Positions 15,205-30,740 are shown, counted from the first letter of the stretch. The stretch is 64,000 bases of DNA from the human T2T-CHM13v2.0 reference genome, Homo sapiens (GCF_009914755.1 NC_060939.1), one strand, 5' to 3'. A program made the numbers and translations. Notes: generated from the letters alone by a model not told the origin.

Positions 15205-17099
15205 TAGGACTAGAAGTTTTAGGAAGGTAATTTAAACAAACTAATCAGTAACTAAACTATATATCAGCCGAGAGTGACTATCATTTGAGAGCTACTCTAG
15301 CAAAAGCTGTTTAGAGTGCAAAATTAACTACAACCCTTGCTCACTGAGCTTCAGTTGTCCTAATTCATCTGATTTATAGTGGGAAAAATACTTTGAAAAT
15401 AATTCATTCACTTCCATTATTACTTCAGTCCAGGTATTCCATTCTTCATGGTCACAAAGTAATGTTTAAATGTACTTTTATGAGGTAAATATTGAGATCC
15501 CAGCTATAGAAAGATATAAATGCCCTTTTTTAAATTTAGTAAAGGCAAAGCTAGGGAAAAAACATTTTTAAAAATTATAGCGACAAAATAAAATTCTCCC
15601 ATGATACAGAAGAAGGGTATCCCTTGCGTATTCTATATTGTATCATGGGAGATAATTGGTAGATAAAATCAGCCAATGATTGCATATAGAAAAGTTTTAA
15701 AAAGTAGTTGGAAAGAGATGGAGTTCATGCTGTTTTGGAATGTGAATGACCAGGTCAGCCTCTGAGATAAGAAGTGTTCACTCATATTTATCCTGAAACT
15801 ATTAGAATAACCAGATTTATTAGTAAGATTAGTCTTAATCTTCTAATTAGTACTTTGATGGGTTGTTTTTAAATACTTTTAAATTGTATGTTACTTTTAA
15901 GAACTCATGATTTAAAATGTGGTCTTAATATATAGTATAGTTTTACGTGGCATTGTTCTAAAAAGTCTATACAGAGATATGATTGAGTTTCCAATTATAA
16001 TGTAACAAGTTTTGATTTATTGTTTGTATGCAGCCCCTGTATTAGAGATTAACAGATTTTAACTTTAACATGTTATCTTCTTTTACTGTAAAAATGTAAG
16101 CGTAAAGTCAAGGAGTTAAGATTTGGAAGCCTGACTTGGGTTCTAGTCCTGGCTCCTCCACTTACTGTTAGTTGTACAATCTTAGGCAAGTTACCTAACC
16201 CTTTTAGGCCTTAATTTCTCCATCTATAAAATTCATATATATTTTGAGGAGTTTTGTTATTTCTTTTTTGAGAGAAGGCTTATATTTATAAAATCTTGTG
16301 ATAGGATTTGACTTGACTTTTGTGACCTAAAGGTTTTTTGTCTCAGTAACCCTTAGCAAAGAATGGTCTGTCACTGCCCTAGACTTCAAAAATGAGTACC
16401 TGTAAAGTACCCATTTTGAATACTGTAAATTACTTATCTATCCCTGGTATATAGAGAACAGTTGGCAAATTAGTAGCTGAACGGCAATTAAGGCATGAGA
16501 AAATTGGAGATTTATGTACCTATTTTATTATAATTCTTTTCTGTTATCAGAAGAATAGTGCTGGGGTTGGATAAGCAGTCTTTGGAACACAGTAGCTTTC
16601 CTTTAGAATGTTCTCTGTCAAAGTTTCACTGCAGATTGTTTTAAGCAAGCAAGATTTGATTAAATATGTAGTATGTCTGCAAGTCCTTGTTTTCTTTATA
16701 GCCATTTGTGTACATTTTATTAAGTCAACATGTAGAGTACTAGATTGAGACCCAGGAGTTCTAGGGCATTACATTTTTATCACTTTGCTTCTACTCCCCG
16801 TTTAACTAAAGTCACTGAACCTCCCTGCTCCTCAGAGTCATAGTCTTAAAACATGTGAATTAAATTACCTTAAAGATGTGTGAGCATTTTAAGGCCTCAG
16901 AAAGTCTCATCTGAAAAAACTTTTTAGACAGTCCTCATTGTTGGAATATTTTTTATGTTCCATCAAATCTCCTCTGCTGTAATTCTGGCCCATTTATTCT
17001 GATATTAAGTGAAGATGAGCCCAAGTCTTCCATCTGCAGTTAACTATTTTATGCATCATTTTGTAACATTGAGCTTCTGATCCACTCAAACATGAACTA

Positions 17100-17546
<447 letters not shown>

Positions 17547-17899
17547 TTAATTGTTGCTTGAAAGCAAAGAAGACTTTAGTTTCACTTGCTACCACTTTTC
17601 CTTTCTATATTCACTGTTTCCTCAGCTTCCTGCATAAATCTCACTGTTGGTCTGTAGGATCAGAGATCACTGCATGTGGCAGCAGACATCTGTGTTGTTC
17701 TGCAGGTGTTAGGATGTTTGTTCTAAACTTTCTTCCTCCTGTATGCCAGTGGAAGTGTGAATGCATAGAGAAAACAGTGAAGAGGACAGACTCTTTATTG
17801 CACTTGATTCTACCTTAAATGTTAACAGTCTTAAGGGAGTATTTACGTTGTGTTTTGATATTGCTGAAAGAAAAAATAGCTTTAAAATTTCTAAAAATT

Positions 17900-18002
17900 G
17901 AGATGGAGCCCAGTCTGGTCTTGAATTCCTGAGCTCAAGCCATCTGCTTGCCTTGGCCTCCCAAAGTGCTGGGATTATAGGCATGAGCCACCATGCCTGG
18001 CC
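17900..18002 (-). mobile_element. Partial Alu (left arm)
   Basis: ctggtcttgaattcctgagctcaagc...gagccaccatgcctggcc. Confidence 0.85.
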
Positions 18003-18269
18003 AAAAATTTTAAGTTGTAAAATTATATATCAGAAAATTTACATTGTTACTTCAGAGTTAATTGTGTTGTTGGTTTCAGAATAGACCCATGGCATTCTTG
18101 ACACCCATGAATTTGAAAGTGACTCCATGAGATGATTTTGCTGATGGTATTTTTTTAGAGGTAGTTTACTAGTATGAGAGTGAGACTGGTAGATTGCTCC
18201 GCCTCTGAATTTCAGTACAGCTTTGTCTTTTCTCAGGTTCACTAAAGGATGTTTTTAATACATACCTTT

Positions 18270-18990
18270 TACTTTTTTATTTTAACTTTGCATTTTGACA
18301 ATTTCAAATTTAAAGAGGTTGAAATAATAGTAAAAAGAATTTGCAAATATCCTTCACCCATATTCCTCAGATGTTAATATTTTACCACATCTGCTTTGTC
18401 CTTTTCTTTCTCTTCGCTCTAAATATATACATATTTTTTCGGCACCATGTGAGATTAAGTGGCAGACATGATGACCCTCATCCTTGAGTACTTTTCAGTG
18501 TATATTTTGTAAAAACAAGGATATTCTCTTTTATAGCCACAGTATAATTATCAAAATCAGAGAGTTAGATAATAGTGCCACATCAGTGTTTAATTACAGA
18601 CCTTATTCAGATTTTGCCAGTTGTTCCAATAATACCCTTATTAGCCAAAGAAAGTCCAAGATCAGGTCATGCGTTTCATTCAGCAGTCATATCTCTTTAG
18701 TCTCCTCTAATCTCGAACAGTTCCTCAATCTTTTGTTTATTGACCTTGACATTTTTGAAGGGTACAGTCCAGTTATTTTGTTGTGTACCTCATTTTGGGC
18801 TTTTCTGATTTCTTTCCTCATGATTAAACTCAAGTTATACACTTTTGGCAGGAACACCACAGAAGTGTTCTCAGTGCATCATATCAGCAGGTTTGTGATA
18901 ATTGGATGTCCTATTAATTACTAGTGATGTTAACTTTGACCACTTGGTTAAGGTGATGTCTGCTAGGTTTCTCCATGTAATTAATATGTC
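18270..18990 (-). mobile_element. Old L1 (L1M-type) 3' region remnant
   Basis: AT-rich degenerate sequence with aacaaggatattctctt...accacttggttaaggtgatgtctgctaggtttctcca, typical of old L1 3' ends; subfamily not resolved. Confidence 0.55.
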
Positions 18991-19022
18991 CAGGATATCT
19001 TTTTAGCATGAACACTAAATTC

Positions 19023-19270
19023 TTTTTTTTTTCCCCTGAGTCTTGTTCTGCCAGGCAAGACTCTGCCTCCTAGGTTCAAGCAATTCTCGTGTCTCAGCCT
19101 CCCGGGTAGCTGGGATCATAGGCCTGAGCCACCATGCTCTCTAATTTTGTATTTTAAGTAGAGACCGGTTTTACCATGTTGGCCAGGCTGGTCTCTAACT
19201 CCTGGCCTCACGTGATTCGCCTGGCCTCCTAAAGTGCTGAGATTACAGGTGTGAGCCACCGCCCCTGGCC
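19023..19270 (-). mobile_element. Alu SINE with internal deletions
   Basis: ggttcaagcaattctcgtgtctcagcctcc...gtgagccaccgcccctggcc. Confidence 0.88.
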
Positions 19271-20556
19271 TTATTCTGCTTTTGGTATGTCAGAAAATTT
19301 CCATAAAAAAAAAGTTAGAGATGTATTAACTGAATTACTACATTTTCCAAAATTAAGAACTAATTTCTCAGAAGTTGAAAAACAGTAAGCTGTAGTCAAC
19401 TGAATATGTAAACTAACAAAAACAGACAGCAAGTGTATCTTTTCTTAGATTCTTTTGTGGGGGAAGGGGAGTGGCTAAAATTTATGTCTGAGAAGGTTGA
19501 CAGTGGTTCAAATGTGAAGAGGCATTAAGGAAAGACAACTAGGATTCAATAAAGACAGGCTACTAAAATTAAAATTAAAAAAAAAAAGGATATGGAATCT
19601 TTATTTAGATTTTGTTTCAATGAAAAAGGATGGGATGGGAGGGTGCCAAGGCTAAAGAAAAGGATTTACCTTTCAGTCATTCAATCAGATGAGTGGCTAA
19701 GGAATAAAGATAATTAACTTGCATCTTTAAGCTTTCCCTCTAGTCTCAAACTGGGAGGCTCTTCTTTTTCAAGTGTAAATTATGTGTGTAAATTAAGATG
19801 AAATATGTAACCCACTGTAAGTTTTAACTTCCTTATAAATTGTTTTGAAGATTAAATTAGGGGAACCAAAACAAAGAAAAGTTCTTACATAAAAAACAAA
19901 TATATGTAAAACTGGAAGAGAGGGAAAGGCAGACTTCTCAAAGAACATAGAGAAGTAAATAATTAAAGAGATCTCATTACAAAGCAAGAAATTTGAGCAG
20001 TGTTGGTGTGTTACAAGTACAGCATACTGTTTTTTAGAAATAGATTACTGCTGCACTTACTCCAGTTACCAAAAAGGATGTCTGCTAATAAAAATGCCAC
20101 CAAAGCAATAAAGAGTGATTGGCTTTAAGAGGTTCCACAAGTAATTTACATACTTAAGTCTCTTGTGGCTGGGTGTGTCATTAAAAAAAAAAAAAAACCA
20201 AACCAAAAACCTGATAAGAAAGTAGGAAGCAGGTAACTTCTAGCTGTCTGATTAGAGAAGGTTATTTCATTGGGAGTTTTGTGGGGGTGGGGGGGTATGC
20301 TAAACTAGATCTATTTCCTTCTTTCAAAGGCATGTTCTCCTTTAGAACCAAATGAATATACCAATTCCTATGCAGTCGCCCCCACCGTTTTTTTTTTTTT
20401 TTGGAGACAGGGTCTCACACTGTCCCCAGGCTGGAGTGCAGTGGTGCAGTCTCAACCTCACTGCTCACTGAGTGAGACTCTGTCTCAAAAAAAAAGGCAT
20501 TCTCCTACATAATCACAATACCATATGTCGTATCCAAGAAATTTAACATTTATACA

Positions 20557-20850
20557 GTTTTTTTTTTTTTTTTTTGAGACAGTGTGCTCTGTTGCCCAGG
20601 CTGGAGTGCAGTGGTGCTATCTCACTACAACCTCCCCTCCGGGACAAGCGATTCTCCTGCCTCAGCTTCCCAAGTAGCTGAGACTACAGGCGGGTGCCAC
20701 CCCACCTGGCTAATTTTTTTTTTGTATTTTTAGTAGAGACGGGGTTTCACCATGTTTGCCAAGATGGTCTTGATCTCCTGACCTCGTGATCCGCCCGCCT
20801 TGGACTCCTAAAGTGCTGGGATTACAGGCGTGAGCCACCTCGCTTGGCCC
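20557..20850 (-). mobile_element. Alu SINE (AluS/Y-like)
   Basis: Full-length, TSD ttatacagttttt. Confidence 0.93.
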
Positions 20851-20963
20851 ATTTATACAGTTTTTAATGTGCAATCCATATTCATATTTCTTCAGTATAC
20901 TAATAATGTCCTTTGTAGATTTGTTTTTTAATTAAAAAATTCAAGATCCATTTAAAGATCACA

Positions 20964-21630
20964 TGTATAGGAGCCAAGGGAAGTGTCCCTATTGCCCTCT
21001 GAAGGTTTGCTGAAAGCTATCTGATACAGCTTTGGACCTTTCACGAGGTCCAAACGATAGGTAGAGGTTAGGAAGAAAAAGAATCCTGCTTTATCATTTT
21101 TATATCATTTAGATTTCTCTTGTAGGAGATCTAAATAGAAACCTCTGAAAGTTTGCTGGAAAATCAACTCACAAAAGGCATTTTAATTGGAGAAAAGGCA
21201 TACGAAATTTATTAACATGTACACTGTACACTGGTTTTCTCTGGGGAGAACCAGAGAGATGACCCACCTCCCAATGGCATTCAGAGGCTTATGCCATTCT
21301 GGCAAAACAGGTTATGGGAAGGAGGAGAAAAGGAATTCTGTTGAGGGGATTACTGGGGAGGATGAACGGATCAGTGGACAGAAATTAATTGGTACATTAT
21401 CTCGTGAAAGAGTCTGTTTAAGTGTGGTTACATTCTTGATCTTACAGGGAGGGGAAGAAAAAACAATTGTCCCTTTTAGTGGGTCTGGATCTCAGGCAGA
21501 TGAAGGAACTTCAGCTTCATCCTGTGCCAGGGAGAGAGGATGAGGGGGAGAAGGTCAGAGAGACCTTGAGGCTTCTTTAGTTCAGCATATCAAAACGCCA
21601 TTTTGGAGTATGGGTTTCTGAGCCTTAACA
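20964..21630. mobile_element. ERV1-class (MER4-group-like) solo LTR
   Basis: TG start tgtataggagccaaggg...aatcaactcacaaaaggca..., end cgccattttggagtatgggtttctgagccttaaCA; family assignment from memory. Confidence 0.55.
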
Positions 21631-21644
21631 GATGGAATTGTTTT

Positions 21645-21782
21645 GTATCTGGGATGTTGAATAAAGTAGCCACAGGTTACTATTGAGCACTTGAAATGTG
21701 GCTAGTTAGATGAGGAATTGGATTTTAAATTTTATTTAATTAAAATAGATGGCTACTCTCTTGGATAGCACAAATTTAGAAC
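21645..21782. mobile_element. MER3/MER33-like hAT MITE remnant
   Basis: tagccac...attgagcacttgaaatgtggctagt...atggctact...ggatagcaca. Confidence 0.55.
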
Positions 21783-22532
21783 ATTTATCCCCATCTCAGT
21801 CTGGATTTATCTCATTATTTCCTCATGATTAAATTAGTTTTAAATATTTTTGTCAGGAATACATGGTGTCCTTTATAGGAATACATTGTGTCTTTCCTAG
21901 TACATCGTATTAGGAGGCTAATTGTGTTAATTTGACACATTTTTAGAATTATCTTGCTTTTTGAGAGTAGTGTTTTTGGAGGGACAACTGGGAGAGTAAA
22001 CAAAAATAAGGTACATTCTCTGTTCTTAAGGACTTTATAATCTAGTCACAGGGAACAACTTTTAGGCAGTGCAGTATAAGACCAAACGTGTTACATACAG
22101 ATACTTATTGTGGAGGAATTTAGTGACATTCATGCGGTTATTTATTTATCACAACACATGTTATATGTTGCAGTACAGCAGTAAGACAGACACAGTTTTG
22201 ATCCTTACAGAGTTTAACACTTAGTAAAAGAGGCAGACACTAAATTATTTTTGATAAGTGTCATGAAATAAAAATAGAGTTTACATATAACATCTTAAGT
22301 TGCCTATTTTGTATCATTCTTTAATTACAATTTAAGTTTTGTTCAGGAGGTCACTGATAAACACATTATCTTTTTTTCCCTTCCAAGAATCGTTTGGGAT
22401 TTTAGCATGTTTGTTAAGATGTACTCTGCCGAATGCGTCTGATAGTGCAAATTTATTTATTTTTTGTGTGGTACAATGTCATTGTGTGTAGGCAATTTTT
22501 GTTTGTTTGTTTGTTTTTTGGGGTAAAGGTAG

Positions 22533-22849
<317 letters not shown>

Positions 22850-22952
22850 GTTTACCTCTTTAAACAAAGATTTATTTGACTGGTGAACCTTTCCCTCTGA
22901 CATGGAAAAACCTTTGTTTCTTTTCTTACCCAAAGGGCAATTGTTAAAATAA

Positions 22953-23264
<312 letters not shown>

Positions 23265-23482
23265 GGCATTTCTCTTCTCCCCTAGAAGGCTGTGTATAGT
23301 CCATTTCCCAGGTCTGAGATTTAAATATATTTGTAATTCTTGTGTCACTTTTGTGTTTTATTACTTCATACTTATGAATTTTTCCATGTCCTAAGTCTTT
23401 TGATTTTAGCTTTATAAAATCATCCACTTGTCCCGAATGACTGCAGCTTTTTTTCATGCTATGGCTTCACTAGCCTTAGTTT

Positions 23483-23488
23483 AATAAA
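23483..23488 (+). terminator. Proximal poly(A) signal, RAB11A
   Basis: AATAAA ~220 nt after the stop, followed by U/GU-rich sequence. Confidence 0.65.
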
Positions 23489-24855
23489 CTGAATGTTTGG
23501 ATTCCTCAGTTATTGTTTACTTTTCATCATGGAAGCCTGTCACTGTATGTAGGACATAATAGAACTTGATCACTTGAAGCTCAGACCTATTGGTCTTGAT
23601 CAAATCAAACTAAGAAGACCTTAGAAATAAGCTACCATTTTGCCACAGAGCAGCTTATAGGTAATACACTCTTCTCTCAGTGCAGTGTACATTTCCACAA
23701 ATCTAAGAATTGCCCTATAAACATAGCAGGATTTTGAGAGCTTGAAAATTTTCCATTATTCTGGACATGAATTTCTAAAATGCCTTAATAGGTTTATGTA
23801 GTTGAGTAAATTTTGTTTTTTAATTTTTGTAAGCATCAAAGTTGATTAGAGAGGGGGGCACTTTTTCTGGAGAATTCTCTTAGTAAACACAAAAGATTGT
23901 TACGGTTTCATTAGTAGTATGGTTGTGGGGCCATAAGTTAAACAGTGCTGCCTGGTAGGCTGGGAACTGAAGAGACTTGTGGTATTCCATCTCGGGTGCC
24001 TCTGTTGGCAATGATCAGGCAGCCCAAAAGATTTAAATGATCTATAATAATTTCCAAGCGGTAGATTATGTGGCATTTTATTGCTCAGGCAATAATTGGT
24101 TTAATGCTGGTAGTGTCAAATTTTGAAGTGTTAATTTTGTCTTAGAACCTTCCAGTAAGTGAAATACAACCTAGTTTTATCACCATATCCACCAGCAGGC
24201 ATGGATAATTATTTTAACAATGCTAATATTTGAGTTTTGCAGTATATTATAGAATATAGTCCAGTTAAATCTTTGGTTTCAGTATGTCTGAAGAGTACAG
24301 TGAGAGGTTAATTTCTGCTCAAGTGGTACCACTTAAAGGCATGTATTCTTTTAGTATGTAAAATGAAATAGTACCTTGAGTTTAAATAGAATGCATTTAG
24401 GCATTGTAGAGATCTGAAATAGTTTTCTTCCACTACATTGTTGAAATCAATGAAGCAATTAGTTTCTCATTCAGAAATGTGCACACTAATATTTAGTTTT
24501 GCTTTCTCGTGGATAATATTAAGCACTTACTCTGCAGTTTCCTGGAAGTTGTGTCAACTGCAGTGATACTATTCAGGATGGTGGGAAATCCCCAAAAATA
24601 TGTATGTGTGGGCTTGCTTAGATTACTATATTTCATAGTTAATCTTTTGTCTCTTGCGGTGCTCATGATGTGTGGGGCACACGGAAGGCATTGCTGTAGT
24701 CAGTCATTTTGGTTTTCTTCTATAGCCATTTTATTATTTTAGTGTATTAGTTATGAAGATAATATTATCTATTTGTAAATTGCTACTTTGTATTTTATGC
24801 ATGCTCTGTAATTTGATTTTTTTTTAGTTATTGATTTGGATTATATTCACATTCT

Positions 24856-24861
24856 AATAAA
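24856..24861 (+). terminator. Distal poly(A) signal, RAB11A
   Basis: AATAAA after a U-rich stretch with several UGUA elements (24770-24840). Confidence 0.7.
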
Positions 24862-25425
24862 CAGTTATAGGGGGATTATTTCTTATGCTGTCAGATTACA
24901 TTTTTCCTTTGAGTGCTTTGGGTGCAGCCGTGGAATCCTGATGTAAAAGCATAGGTTCTTGCATTACTGAGTAAACATTGAATTGGGAGCATCAGTGTGT
25001 GAATTCAGCTTTGATTTTAGAACTGCAGTTCAATTATGCTTTCCTTGGAAAAAGTATGTCCAAAAACATTAGGAAAGTAGTGTGTATTTTCATATATAAC
25101 AGTGTCACCAGACCCAGGAAAAGAAACCATCTCTATTTTATTGAAAGTTGGTGGTAGATTTTTTACAAAGTAAGGAGAAAAGAGAAAAACTAAATAGTGA
25201 ATTGAAAATGAATAAAGTAAACTTAGAATTTTTACCCAAGTGTAGACTTAAATGTTGCTTTGAGTATGGCTGGATCTTGGGAGAATTCCAGGAAATATTA
25301 GGTATTAGAAAATGACTTTGATTGCATTTCAGCAGGTGTCTTTATTCTGAGTAGTATCTTAGGAGACAAACTGTCTCAAGCAAGAAACAATAAATTTTTA
25401 AATATTATGACAGTTCAGGGCTTAA

Positions 25426-25780
<355 letters not shown>

Positions 25781-28472
25781 TTGAATTTTTTTTTAACCTG
25801 TTATATAGTCTCCTGAATAGTTAGCCATGGTGCCTTGATTTAATCTTATGTCATTGTTCTCAAATGCCATGATTTCTCTTTAATAGTAGTTGTCATTATG
25901 TAAGGGTAAGTTATTGCCCATTTAATTGTAATTATAAGAAGAGGTGCCAGCTAGTGACCTTACATCAGTGATCTTTTAAGTTCTGAAGGGTTCTGCAGAA
26001 AAGTTACACTTCTTGAGTTTGGGTTGCCCATCAGAGCTGGTCACATTTCTTTGATCATTGAAAAAATGAATATCTTAATTTTTGTCTTTGCTGACTGGTA
26101 TTTATAAAATACAAATGCTTTTAGTGGGTTGAGCTGTTGTGATAATCTCTTCCATCTACCTTAGAGAAGAAGCTGTACTATTTAGACAGTTTTGGCCAAC
26201 ACTAGAAGCAAAAGAATTCAAAGGCTGGGTGGATATTTAAGAACTTATTCTAACCTGTCAGGTTTCAATTTGTGGGGCTTGGTTTAACAGAGGAAAAAAA
26301 TATAAATTGATTTTCTGATGTCTCACAAATATCACATACCTGGAAAAAAATTAAAACAAAAAATGAATTTTGTAAAAGGTTATGTATGACTTCCATTTGC
26401 TCTGTAAAAAAATGAACAAAGATTGTGAAAGGATCCTCTTCCACCACATCATTTAATGGGTTAGCGGAACAGATAGGGAGCTATGACACTAGCACCAAAG
26501 AGAGATTTTTCTTCTGGTTGGGTGGTGCTGGTGCCACGCCCCTTTCTGGGATTTGACAAGTCTTTCCCACTCACCTATACAATATGCCAAATCAACTGGA
26601 GTTGTCATTCTAATGTTTTAAAGAATGATTGGGTTCCCCCAAACTGTAGGAGGTCGATGGTAACAATAAAGTGATACAAAATGCTTATGTCATTATAATT
26701 TATGTAAGGGAGACCATTAGGCTGAGAATCAATATGATTGAGGTTATCTATTCTCCTGAAAAGTGAATTGGAGAATAAAGAAAGAATATTTGAAAGGATG
26801 TTGTGTACTAGGCAATATACTAGCATGTATTAGAAAATACGGTAAACTGTGGGTTAGAAGAGTGAAAGTAGCTGGTATGATAGAGCACTGGACTGAGTAA
26901 CGAAGAGATTCTAGTCATGGCTCTTGTGGTCATTTCATTTTTGAGCCTCACATTCTTCCAATTAATGAGGGTACCAGATTAAATAAACTCTGGGGATTCA
27001 TCCCAATTCGAACTCTGTAATTCTCTGAATGAACTCTCTCTTCAATTAAAGCCAAATTATTAACATTTTAACTCAAGTTTAAATTTAATAGAGAAGTCAA
27101 AATGAGGTATGCACTTTGTGGAATGTTTTTGGTCTTATCACAATAACCTGATTAAAATGGTGCCTTTATTTCCATGTTTACTCCTTTAAATAAGATGAAA
27201 GCTTTCAGAACATTTATTTGCAAAATGACTGTCAATATCAACAATATGCATCAAAGTACCATATATGCTAAGGGAGAGGAGCACTTGATGGGCTGCTATG
27301 TTAACTGTAAATTGAGAACTGCTTGTTTTATGGCTTTTGCTGTTAAAAAAAAACTGCTGGCTTTTAATATGTACTTTAAAATATACTCATGTCTGGGAGA
27401 GAACTTTTAAAAACATTTTGTGTTTAATTTTTAAAAAATTATTTCTTTAATAGGAATCTACAAGAAGGTAGATCAGTCCACAGGCTAGCTATCCAGTAGA
27501 ACCAGTGATTAAATCCAAGTGTACAGGTTTATGTGTGCATGTACATGATACACATGGTATTTTGGGGTTGTTGATCTAGTGATCTAATTATTAATAGTCA
27601 AAACATTATTTAAATTCAATTCTTTGACATTTATTAATTATAGGATAGTTCCTGACACGGGTGTGAGCACAAAATGTTATGTATATTGGCTAACTATGTT
27701 ACCAGTACCAGTGATGGTAGTGAGAATTAGCAGCCAACAGGATTCCTTTACTATGTTTGAGTCAGTGGAACTTAACCTTGCTCCAAACCACAAAATCTCA
27801 GACCTTTTTAACTCTCATCCCAATGAATAATGTACTGTTTTTAGCACCTGTCCCCCTGTTGACAACCTCTAATCTCTCAGCATACCATTTTCTCAGGTAT
27901 TTCTAGGGAAGTGGTACCGTTCCTTGTCATATCTTTTAAGAGGTTGCTGACCATTGTACTAGCCTCTATGCCAGTCTTTCATCATATGGGCCGAAGAATA
28001 CTGTAGAAGAAGATCATGCCTGAGAAGGGACAGTCTGGGAAGCCCCAAGAAGCAACACTTTCCATAGGCTATCTTTGATGTGAAACCAATTCTGGAGGAG
28101 GCAGTTGGGGTCCTCAGTTACTAGTTTTGGTTTACATTAGAGTGGATGCCTAAATAACAGGACTGTACTTTGTACAGTCCCCATGCTTTCTCTTACCCAA
28201 GGATCTGGAGGGCCATCTGCTAGGCTGGACAGTGGCTTGGGAAGCAGAAGGTGGAATGAGGCGGGAATCTGACAACTGAAGCTAAAGACCAGAGCTTCCA
28301 CTTTCTGTGGGTTTGGATTAGAGCATTGTTTAGTCTTTCTAGCTTTGCAAGCCCAGGGAAGAAAATACATAATCAGCACCCCACTAATCACCAGGGCTCT
28401 CCGTTTATCTCTCCCCTTTGGTAATCACTACATTGTAAGATCCACAAGGGCAGGGAACATGCTTTTTTCATA

Positions 28473-29175
28473 CAGGTTGAGCATCCCTAATCCAAAAATT
28501 CAAAAATGCTCTAAAATTGGAAACGTGAGCACTAACATGATGTCACAAATGGAAAATTTCACACCTGACCTCAGGTGACAGGTCACAGTCAAAACGCAGG
28601 CACGCCACACAGTTTATTCAGTGTTCCCGCAGAGGTGTACAGTAACCTTTCAATCAAAACAGCATCGTAGGTGGAGACTGAAAGCCAGCTGTTGGTGGTG
28701 GTTAACTGCTGGTACAGATACTCTGGTGATGCTACTGTGCTGCTTAGTTACCCTGAACACATTCTTTTTCACTGTATTAATGATACATCATATTTTTTAA
28801 ATACTAGTGTGAATGTGTGAATAAGTGTAAGAAAATGAATTGCTTATTGGTAGCATAGAAATTCACAGTCATGAATGATGGTGTTGCAAACCACCACAGA
28901 TTGTCCACATGGGTGGCTGAGACAGTGACACCTTTGCTTTCTGATGGTTCCATACACACAAACTTTATTTCATGCACAAAATTATTAAAAATATTGTATA
29001 AAATTACCTTTAGGCTATGTGTACAAGGTATATATGAAATGTAAAATGAATTGCATGTTTAAACTTGGGTCCCATCCCAAAGATAGCTCATTATGTATAT
29101 GCAGATATTCCAAAATTTGAAAAAATCCCGAATTTGAAATACTTCTGGTCCCAAGCATTTTGGATACTCAATCTG
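28473..29175. mobile_element. Tigger4-like (TcMar) DNA transposon deletion derivative
   Basis: TA|caggttgagcatcc ... ggatactcaatctg|TA: terminal inverted repeats and TA target duplication. Confidence 0.8.
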
Positions 29176-30155
29176 TATTTACATTCATAGTATCTATCTC
29201 CCCCTCCCCTTGACAGTTCCATGTCAGGACAATTAGGGAGGGCCATCTAAAAAGAGTGAGAGGGCTAGTCTTAGGGTTCATTCTGGTGTAGCCTGGGGAG
29301 CTATGAGAATTACTATTTAAATTTTAAAGTTTTTTATTAAAAATTATACAGAATTATATATTACAATTATATAAATATATACTTATATATAATTATTATA
29401 CAAAAGTATAAAAGTACAATGAACCCCCCTATGTATCCATCTCTTCATAGAAAGAGTTTCCATCTCCTGTTGCTGCATATTGATTAAATGGGCCTCTTCT
29501 TTCTTCCCTCTGGTTAAATGAATGGCTAATGTGTCATTCTTGAGTGCACAACTTGCAGCAATTGGCCATTAGTTATCATTCATAGTATTGAGTAATATTC
29601 TGAGACTTGTAATGCATAATCTTACACTACTGTCAGTAAATATCTTTTTTAGTCTTAAAACTCTTTGATTATGTTTTGTCTTTAACTGAGATGTCAACTC
29701 ATAGCTCTTGAGAATTACCTATTAGTAATTTCTTCTGAATGGGTCTTCAGAATGTGAGGGTTATGTACATATGAGGATTATATACAAACCTTTGGAACTA
29801 TGAAGGAGGAATTTTAAACTTATTTGAATGAACTCAGTAAGCCATATTTTAGCATCTGTATTTTATTACAAAATTAATCCTGTTGCTTCTTTACCAGTTT
29901 GATCACAAGTTTATGTCTTTAAAGTTTATAAAATAGATATACCCATAGTAACTATACTGGATGATAACTTCTACTAGTGGAAAGCTATTCATTGCATTAT
30001 AGAAATGAAGTGGACCTTACACTGGCCCTTATTCATTCCATTTAAATACCTTTGTGCCTCTGGAGCTGAGCACAAACTGTAATAGTTGTCTTTGAGTCCA
30101 AATGTTTGTGAAAGCTGAGAAACCCTCTTAATTTTAGTATACTGAATGTATATGA

Positions 30156-30466
<311 letters not shown>

Positions 30467-30740
30467 CCGAGATTTTTAAATAAGTTTTGAACATGAATAA
30501 AAATATGGTGCTCACATTTATTACTTTAAAGAAAGAGACTCGTCTATCAAAAATTTGATACAAGTTTTTCACTTATTTTCAAACATCTACTAGAATAATT
30601 TTCATTCTTCCAGGTGTTCAAAGTGCCCAAGCAGGATGTAGGTTAGTTCTACCCTTAAACTTAAGGTGTAGATTATAAGCACGTTTTCCATTTGCAACAC
30701 AACAGTAGGCATTCTTGTTAAATTAGTTTGAGAAATTTGT

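Noticed and set aside
18484-18924. 146-aa + strand ORF
   Set aside because: Lies in a degenerate L1 remnant, has a non-ATG start and no recognisable domain.
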